Origin: Acidobacteriota bacterium
GTDB lineage: Bacteria; Acidobacteriota; Vicinamibacteria; Vicinamibacterales; Vicinamibacteraceae
Assembly (NCBI GenBank): GCA_044508265.1
Contig: JBIQIB010000011.1
Span: 1-56,514, forward strand
Length of the DNA stretch: 56,514 nucleotides
Direction of reading: 5' to 3'
The notes below the pieces were generated by a model. The model was not told where the DNA came from. It worked only from the letters and a program-made list of their open reading frames with translations, and did no database searches. The position numbers and the translations under genes were made by a program. Of this stretch, positions 51,506-56,514 are shown one piece after another. Position 1 is the stretch's first letter. Each line of letters begins with the position of its first letter.

Positions 51506-51820
51506 ATGATGATGACGACCAGAAAGAAGCGGGCTTATCGCTACACGCCGCCGCCGCCGCCTGAGGTGATGGCCGAGCGCGACAGGCAGATCGTACTGGA
51601 CTACCGCGACCGTGGCCTGTCGCTCTACGCCGTCGGCGACCTGCACGGCCTGTCGGCCGAGCGCGTTAGGCGTATCCTTCAGCGTGAGGGCGTCGAGGTA
51701 CGACGCCCCGGCCGACGGCCGCGCTACTGGCGCGAACGCTACACGGCCGCGCGCGAGGCGCCAGCCGCTCTGCGAGTGCCGCCGGTCAGCAGTAGCGCCG
51801 GCGGCGATGCTCACGCCTGA
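51506..51820 (+). CDS. small HTH protein (sigma-70 region-4-like)
   Basis: RDRQIVLDYRDRGLSLYAVGDLHGLSAERVRRILQREGV. Confidence 0.55.
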   Translation: MMMTTRKKRAYRYTPPPPPEVMAERDRQIVLDYRDRGLSLYAVGDLHGLSAERVRRILQREGVEVRRPGRRPRYWRERYTAAREAPAALRVPPVSSSAGGDAHA

Positions 51821-51840
51821 CGACGCGCGCGCCGTGCCCC

Positions 51841-53340
51841 ATGCCTCACGAGAAGGAGAAGCCTACCGTGCCTACCGATGCAACCGACCGATGCGTCCGC
51901 CTGCCCGCCGCCGGCCTGACGCGCGTCCCGCTGGCCGCCCGTGGCCTGTGGGCAACCCTAGCCCTCGTTGCCGACGACGACGGCGTCGTCACGCGTGAGG
52001 CGATCGAGGCGGCCGTGCCTGACGAGTCGCCGCCTGACCTGCGCCGTGCGCTCGACGAGTTGCGCCGCGCCGCGCTCATCGCGCGCTGCCGTGTCCCTGA
52101 CGGCGCGTGGCGCCTCATGTCCGTGGCCGAGGATCAGCGAGCGCGTGAGGCGCAGGCCGAGGGCGGGAGGCGCGCCGCGCACCGGAAGCGCCACGGCGCG
52201 CCTGACGAGCCGGGGCATGTCTACATAGCCCACCGCCCCGACGACGGCACCTGTCAGGTGGGCGTGACCACGAGGCCGCGTCAGGTGACGTACCGCCTTC
52301 GCCGGTCGGCTCGCTTGGCCGGCGCCGCACTAACGGTCGAGTCACACGCCGTGCGCTCGATGGCGGCGGCCGAGGCCACGTTGCGTCAGGCCGGCCTGCG
52401 CCCCGGGCGCTGGCACGCGGTCGACGCCGACACTGAGCACCGGCTGGCGGGCGCCATGCGCACGATCGCCCTGTTCCTGTCACCGGCCGAGGACAGCGTG
52501 ACTCTAACGCCTGACGTGACAACGGGTTCAGTGCGTCACTACCCTAGTGACACCGGGCGTCACTACCCTAGTGACACGGGCGTCACTACCCTAGTGACGC
52601 CTCTAAAGCCTGACGATTCAACGCCTTACGACAGCGGTCGAAATCGCGGCGCGTCAGGTGACATTTCGACGCCGGTCGTAAGGCATGACGAGACAACGGG
52701 TTCAATGCGTCACTACCCTAGTGACGCCCCTGTCACTACCCTAGTGACGCCTCTAAAGCCTGACGCCGCAACGGGTTCGGTGTTAGGCACGAAACAGCGT
52801 CACTTGCAAGTGACGCCTCTAAAGCCTGACGTGGCAACGACTTCCGAGTTCGGCGCCCTTGCTGTTGTTGTTAGTACTACATCGGAGATAGATATGGAGA
52901 ACGAAACAGAGAACAGCAACAACATCGCGCGCGCGCGTGAGGCTGACAGTGACGACTCGTTGCCGCTCGCCATACGCCTGACACGCGCGGCGAACGCGGC
53001 CGTCACCGCCGCTATCGGTGAGCAGGTGCGCCCGATCAGGGCCGACTCGACTCACGCACTAGACCTAGCGCGGCGCGTCGATCAGATTGGAATTAGCGCG
53101 GCCGACGCCGGGCGCGCGATCCGTCGGGCGGCGGCGAAGTTTGCCCGGGCGAACCGCAAGGCGCCGTCGTCGATGGCGTATTTCATCCCCGTAATCGAGG
53201 CTGAGCATGAGACGCTGCGCGGCACGGCCGCGCCTGACGAGCACGCGTCAGGCAGGCCACTCGTCGACGGCCACGGCGGCCTGACGTACACCGGCCAGCA
53301 CCCGGAGCGGGTGCCGGCGCGAAAGCTTCGCAGCCTCTAG
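51841..53340 (+). CDS. replication initiator protein carrying the putative origin (lambda O-like arrangement)
   Basis: Winged-helix-like N-terminus. The central low-complexity part is encoded by palindromic iterons and followed by an A+T-rich stretch. It lies immediately upstream of the DnaC-like loader. Confidence 0.7.
   Translation: MPHEKEKPTVPTDATDRCVRLPAAGLTRVPLAARGLWATLALVADDDGVVTREAIEAAVPDESPPDLRRALDELRRAALIARCRVPDGAWRLMSVAEDQRAREAQAEGGRRAAHRKRHGAPDEPGHVYIAHRPDDGTCQVGVTTRPRQVTYRLRRSARLAGAALTVESHAVRSMAAAEATLRQAGLRPGRWHAVDADTEHRLAGAMRTIALFLSPAEDSVTLTPDVTTGSVRHYPSDTGRHYPSDTGVTTLVTPLKPDDSTPYDSGRNRGASGDISTPVVRHDETTGSMRHYPSDAPVTTLVTPLKPDAATGSVLGTKQRHLQVTPLKPDVATTSEFGALAVVVSTTSEIDMENETENSNNIARAREADSDDSLPLAIRLTRAANAAVTAAIGEQVRPIRADSTHALDLARRVDQIGISAADAGRAIRRAAAKFARANRKAPSSMAYFIPVIEAEHETLRGTAAPDEHASGRPLVDGHGGLTYTGQHPERVPARKLRSL
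52535..52831 (+). repeat. iteron array: five copies of the palindrome GTCACTACCCTAGTGAC plus variant GTCACTTGCAAGTGAC; three are followed by GCCTCTAAAGCCTGACG
   Basis: Copies at 52535-52551, 52559-52575, 52582-52598, 52709-52725 and 52732-52748, with the variant at 52799-52814. Flanking box at 52599-52615, 52749-52765 and 52815-52831. Confidence 0.85.
52858..52925 (+). promoter_or_regulatory. A+T-rich stretch next to the iterons (candidate DNA-unwinding element)
   Basis: CTTGCTGTTGTTGTTAGTACTACATCGGAGATAGATATGGAGAACGAAACAGAGAACAGCAACAAC is conspicuously A+T-rich for this genome. Confidence 0.55.
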
Positions 53341-53399
53341 GCGCCTACGCCGGCGCCTGACGAGGCGCGGAGCACGCAACCCCAACCGAAACACCTACC

Positions 53400-54338
53400 A
53401 TGCCCAACGAGACGAAGAAGCTGCCGCCCGGCCTCACGCCGCCTAGCGCCGAGGTCGAGGTCGTGATGCAGGACGTAAGCGACGAAGCCGAGAAGCGCCG
53501 CGAGCACGTGTGCGACTGCGGCGAGTCGTTCATCCAGTACCGGCTAGGCGATAAGTGGCTGCCGTCCACGTGCCCGTACTGCGCGAACAGTGAGCGGCGC
53601 CTAACGGCGGACGAGGTCATGGCCGACCGCCGGCGGCGCGACGAGGAGGAACGCCAGCGCCAGCGCGTAGCACGCTTGCAGGTGCCGCGCATGTACGCGA
53701 TCGCGTCGACCGACGACCTGACCGAGCTTGCCGGCCTAGCGCCTGACGAGAAGGCGGCGCAGTTGCTCATCCGCAAGCGCGACCTAGCGCGTCGCTACAT
53801 CGACGCGTGGCCGGACCGGCACACCAACCCGCGTTTCCCGCTGATCGTAGTCATGCGCGGCGCCCCGGGCTCGGGTAAGACGACGCTGGCGTGGGCCGTC
53901 ACGCTCGAACTCGTCAGGCGACACGGGATCCACGCGCGCGTCGCGACGTTGGGCAACATCATCCGCGACCTGCGCGAGCCGTGGGGTCGGCGCGGCACGG
54001 ACGCGGGGCCGTCCGAGCGCGTTAGGCTCGCCGCCTACCACGGCGAGGACTTGCTGGTCATCGACGAGGTATCGACGCACGCCCTCTACGGCGAGCCCCG
54101 GCAGGTACTGTACGACCTGATCGCGCCTCGTGAGGCGAACCTGTCGCCGACGATCCTGACGACGAACGACGACGGCGGCACGATCGAGGACTTGCTAGGC
54201 CCGGCGCTGGTGTCGCGCGCCATGCGGTCCGGCGGCATATGGGAGTTCGGGAAGCACGACTACCGCCCGCAGCTATACGAGCGGGACCACCGCAATGCTG
54301 CCGGCGTCAGGCAGCGGGAGGCAACGAGCGATGAGTGA
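53400..54338 (+). CDS. DnaC/IstB-like AAA+ helicase loader
   Basis: Walker A GAPGSGKTT, Walker B LLVIDEV, and an N-terminal CxC...CxxC zinc motif. Confidence 0.8.
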   Translation: MPNETKKLPPGLTPPSAEVEVVMQDVSDEAEKRREHVCDCGESFIQYRLGDKWLPSTCPYCANSERRLTADEVMADRRRRDEEERQRQRVARLQVPRMYAIASTDDLTELAGLAPDEKAAQLLIRKRDLARRYIDAWPDRHTNPRFPLIVVMRGAPGSGKTTLAWAVTLELVRRHGIHARVATLGNIIRDLREPWGRRGTDAGPSERVRLAAYHGEDLLVIDEVSTHALYGEPRQVLYDLIAPREANLSPTILTTNDDGGTIEDLLGPALVSRAMRSGGIWEFGKHDYRPQLYERDHRNAAGVRQREATSDE

Positions 54339-55308
54339 GGGGACCAATGCCATGCACCAGCTGCTGGACGAGGTGCGCAGCGCCCTGCAGCGCGCGATGC
54401 ACGGCGACCTGACGATGTCGGAGGGCGACGAGCTGGTCGGCCGCATAACGAGGAAGCTGCACGAGGCTGACCCGGACGTGACGCTGTTCGCCGACGCGGC
54501 GCCTGACGTGCAGTTCGCCGAGGCGCCGGCGATGATGCCGGAGCCTGACGAGGACGTGGGCGCCGGCGTGCCTGACGCACCGGCGGACGACGCGCTGCCG
54601 GTCGGCGAGGCGGTCGTGCAACACGCGTCGGCGTGGTTCGGCGAGGGTCATGTGACGGCGATGCTGAACGGGTCGGGGCTGGCCAACCCGAAGGGCGACC
54701 GCGCAACGGAGCGCCTGTGGGAGGCGATCGCGGTGGACCGGCGCGCCGCCTCGTCAGGCGCCTACGAACGTGGCTACGCCGCCGGCTACAAGGCGGCTGC
54801 GGACAAGAACTGCAGGCTACTGCGCCAGCGGCTGGAGGTCGTCACCGCTGAGCATGAGCGCCTGCGCGAGAAGTACCACGCGATGCAGGAACTGCCCGCA
54901 CGCGTCGCGGCAGCAGAGAAGCGCGCGGACGATGCCATTGCGGTCGACATGGCGATCATGCTTGACGAGGGTCTAGCGTCGATCGCACACGAGCGCGTTA
55001 GGCAGGTCGGGGAGGAAGGCTGGAGCGCGGAGCATGACGACGCGCACCCGGCCGGCACGCTGGCGCGCGCTGGCGCTGCGTACGCGATGCCGCGCACGTT
55101 CAGGCACATGATCCTCGGCTCTGGCGTAAGCAACGTACTGGCCCGCCTGTGGCCGTTCGACACGGAGCGGTGGAAGCCGACGCCTGACGATCGCGAGCGC
55201 GAACTAGCGAAGGCCGGCGCGCTGATCGCGGCCGAGATAGGTGCGCTGCGCCGCGCGCGTCGCAAGGCCAACGAGGCGTCAGGCACCGGGCCGGAGGTGG
55301 CGAAGTGA
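54331..55308 (+). CDS. hypothetical protein
   Basis: ATG 54331 overlaps the upstream stop by 8 nt. The C-terminal block ERVRQVGEEGWSAEHDDAH...WKPTP looks like a conserved phage module of unknown function. Confidence 0.65.
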   Translation: MSEGTNAMHQLLDEVRSALQRAMHGDLTMSEGDELVGRITRKLHEADPDVTLFADAAPDVQFAEAPAMMPEPDEDVGAGVPDAPADDALPVGEAVVQHASAWFGEGHVTAMLNGSGLANPKGDRATERLWEAIAVDRRAASSGAYERGYAAGYKAAADKNCRLLRQRLEVVTAEHERLREKYHAMQELPARVAAAEKRADDAIAVDMAIMLDEGLASIAHERVRQVGEEGWSAEHDDAHPAGTLARAGAAYAMPRTFRHMILGSGVSNVLARLWPFDTERWKPTPDDRERELAKAGALIAAEIGALRRARRKANEASGTGPEVAK

Positions 55309-55493
55309 TCGGCGAACCATGCCGGGCGCAGACGGGGAGCGGCGCGTGGGGTCTGACGCGCCGCCCGCTGACGCTCGACGAGGCGCTGCGCGGCTGCCTG
55401 CCTGACGTGACCACGGACGAGGAGTGGCGTGCGCTGCACGCCGCCTCTCGTCAGGTAGCGGCCGAACGGCCTAACGCGGCAGGTGCAGCATGA
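55305..55493 (+). CDS. hypothetical small protein
   Basis: GTGA overlap start; 62 aa. Confidence 0.45.
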   Translation: MIGEPCRAQTGSGAWGLTRRPLTLDEALRGCLPDVTTDEEWRALHAASRQVAAERPNAAGAA

Positions 55494-55999
55494 CGACAGT
55501 CCGCAAGTGGGGCGTGCAGTGGCGCGACGGTGCATGGGAGCAGGACGACACGATTCCTTGCCCGTTGCTGGACGGCGCCACCCTGTACGAGTCAGCATCT
55601 CACGCTGTGGCGATGGCGGGCCTTCGCGCCGGCACTCCCGTCGTCCGCGAGGTGCTGGTCACGCAGGAGGCGGGCGGGATCGAGGTGGGTGAGCGCCTGA
55701 CGGCGATCAACCGGAAGCCGAGGGAGTGCGTGGTGCGCTCCGCTGGGGACGCTTCCACGGTGTTCGCTGGGGGTACCACCTACCTCGCGCCCGATGGGGG
55801 CTTTACGTCTGACCCCGCCGAGGCAAATGTGTTTGCCAATACGTTAGGTGCCCTAAGGCCGCTGCTCGACGTGGCCCACCTGAACACCTACACGATCCAC
55901 GCCATCCGCCGCACGGAGCCTCGTGAGGTGCGTCGTGCTGGCCGGACGCTGGACGAGATACTGGCGAGCGTGCCGGTGGAGGTGCCGCATGACGACTGA
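55490..55999 (+). CDS. hypothetical protein
   Basis: ATGA overlap start; 169 aa. Confidence 0.65.
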   Translation: MTTVRKWGVQWRDGAWEQDDTIPCPLLDGATLYESASHAVAMAGLRAGTPVVREVLVTQEAGGIEVGERLTAINRKPRECVVRSAGDASTVFAGGTTYLAPDGGFTSDPAEANVFANTLGALRPLLDVAHLNTYTIHAIRRTEPREVRRAGRTLDEILASVPVEVPHDD

Positions 56000-56514
56000 A
56001 CAGCCCACCCCTGCGCCTGACGCCGTGACGCTGCCGGCCGGGATAGTCACCACGCTACACGATGCGCTTGCCTCTGCGTATGCCTGCGGGCGTGCGGACG
56101 CCCGTGAGCCACAGCATGGGATCACTTACCGCATCGACGGAGACAAGGACCAAGCTGTCCGTTCCGAGATTGCCGTAGCGCTGCAAATAGCGGTGGAACA
56201 GGTGCAGTACCTCACCAACGCCATGCACCGAGAGCGCGCCACCCGCGAGGCCGCCGAGGCGCGGGTGCGGGAGCTGGAGGCGGAGGTGAAGCGCCTGAGC
56301 GAGCCGGAGTGGTATTGGGACCCCGTCGCCGAGTGTTCGTACCCTGACCCCGCAGAGGCCGTGAGTTGCACATCTGCGGGCGCGATCGTGGAGCTGGACG
56401 CCTGCGTCCGAATCCGCACGGTGTTCGCGGCTGCGATTGGTGACGAGGACGACTGGTGTCAGGTGTTCGACACGCAAGAGGCCGCAGAGGCAGCGATTGC
56501 CGCCGCCCGTCAGG
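55989..56514 (+). CDS. hypothetical protein, 3'-open at the window end (not in the ORF track because it has no stop)
   Basis: ATG 55989 overlaps the upstream stop. The frame stays open to base 56514 with G/C-rich third positions. It contains YLTNAMHRERATREAAEARVRELEA, the same module as bases 1-73. Confidence 0.6.
   Translation, partial: MTTEQPTPAPDAVTLPAGIVTTLHDALASAYACGRADAREPQHGITYRIDGDKDQAVRSEIAVALQIAVEQVQYLTNAMHRERATREAAEARVRELEAEVKRLSEPEWYWDPVAECSYPDPAEAVSCTSAGAIVELDACVRIRTVFAAAIGDEDDWCQVFDTQEAAEAAIAAARQ
56211..56283 (+). repeat. copy 2 of the 73-bp direct repeat
   Basis: See partner at 1-73. Both copies are in the same reading phase of their ORFs. Confidence 0.95.

Noticed and set aside
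52535-52831. CRISPR array interpretation of the 17-bp repeats (and of the 72-bp and 18-bp tandem repeats)
   Set aside because: The repeats are short palindromes with irregular 7-110 bp spacing inside an ORF and next to replication genes. The other arrays are in-frame coding tandem repeats with no spacers. There are no cas genes.
1-56514. The CUGACGA part of the abundant motif matches the hammerhead ribozyme core consensus CUGANGA
   Set aside because: The equally common CCTAACG and CCTCACG variants do not fit. I saw no consistent GAAA core element or three-stem architecture next to the copies. The density of about 10 per kb is incompatible with ribozymes.
1-56514. Frequent CGATCG/GCGATCGC (HIP1-like) strings
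   Set aside because: They are visible by eye, but in G+C-rich DNA with abundant GCG-ATC-GCC type codon strings I cannot separate them from compositional expectation without counting. The signal is far less striking than CCTNACG. It should be included in the k-mer analysis.
1-56514. Lysogeny module (integrase, CI-like repressor, excisionase) or plasmid-prophage partition system
   Set aside because: No tyrosine or serine recombinase motifs were recognised. The ParB-like protein has only the N-terminal nuclease-type domain and no partner ParA. Temperate lifestyle can be neither supported nor excluded from this window.

Overview
The window reads as an essentially complete, high-GC (by eye about two-thirds G+C) tailed dsDNA phage genome of siphovirus type. 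Every convincing gene is on the + strand. Minus-strand ORFs in the track look like high-GC shadow ORFs. Gene order: 1-3.7 kb, early and accessory genes (ASCH-like, VRR-NUC nuclease, acidic protein). 3.8-7.4 kb, four genes including a 788-aa protein with about 13 tandem 24-aa repeats. 7.4-14.2 kb, ParB-like nuclease-domain protein, possible GT-A-like protein, small terminase, beta-class DNA methyltransferase, large terminase and portal. 14.2-22.4 kb, head morphogenesis, scaffold, decoration-like protein, lambda-gpE-like major capsid, connector and neck proteins, and major tail protein. 22.6-28.3 kb, tail chaperone with a -1 frameshift and a 1624-aa tape measure. 28.3-34.2 kb, distal tail proteins and three paralogous fibre-like genes. 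34.3-38.6 kb, lysis-like cassette (membrane protein, GxSxG esterase, Amidase_2 endolysin, secreted repeat protein). 39.1-56.5 kb, many short early genes, including an ArdC-like protein, a GIY-YIG-like protein, HTH proteins, a Gp157-like plus Rad52/Sak-like recombination pair, a replication initiator carrying internal iterons, and a DnaC-like loader. I found no tRNA, CRISPR array, integrase, reverse transcriptase or DNA polymerase. The strongest unexplained signal is not a gene. It is the asymmetric motif (G)CCTNACG(A/C), which occurs about 10 times per kb in two hand-counted samples, is biased to the + strand, appears in all reading frames and in intergenic DNA, and sits inside a large fraction of the stop and start codons. 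It forces rare codons (CCT, TCA, TTA) and recurring peptides (PDE/PDD, SSG, LG, REA/RQA, C-terminal Ala). The early region also carries a repeated intergenic cassette: a GC stem-loop with covarying stem, then CCTAACGACCTAACGAGGA, then ATG. Two early operons share a near-identical promoter-like block. All functional calls come from motif recognition by eye, with no database search.
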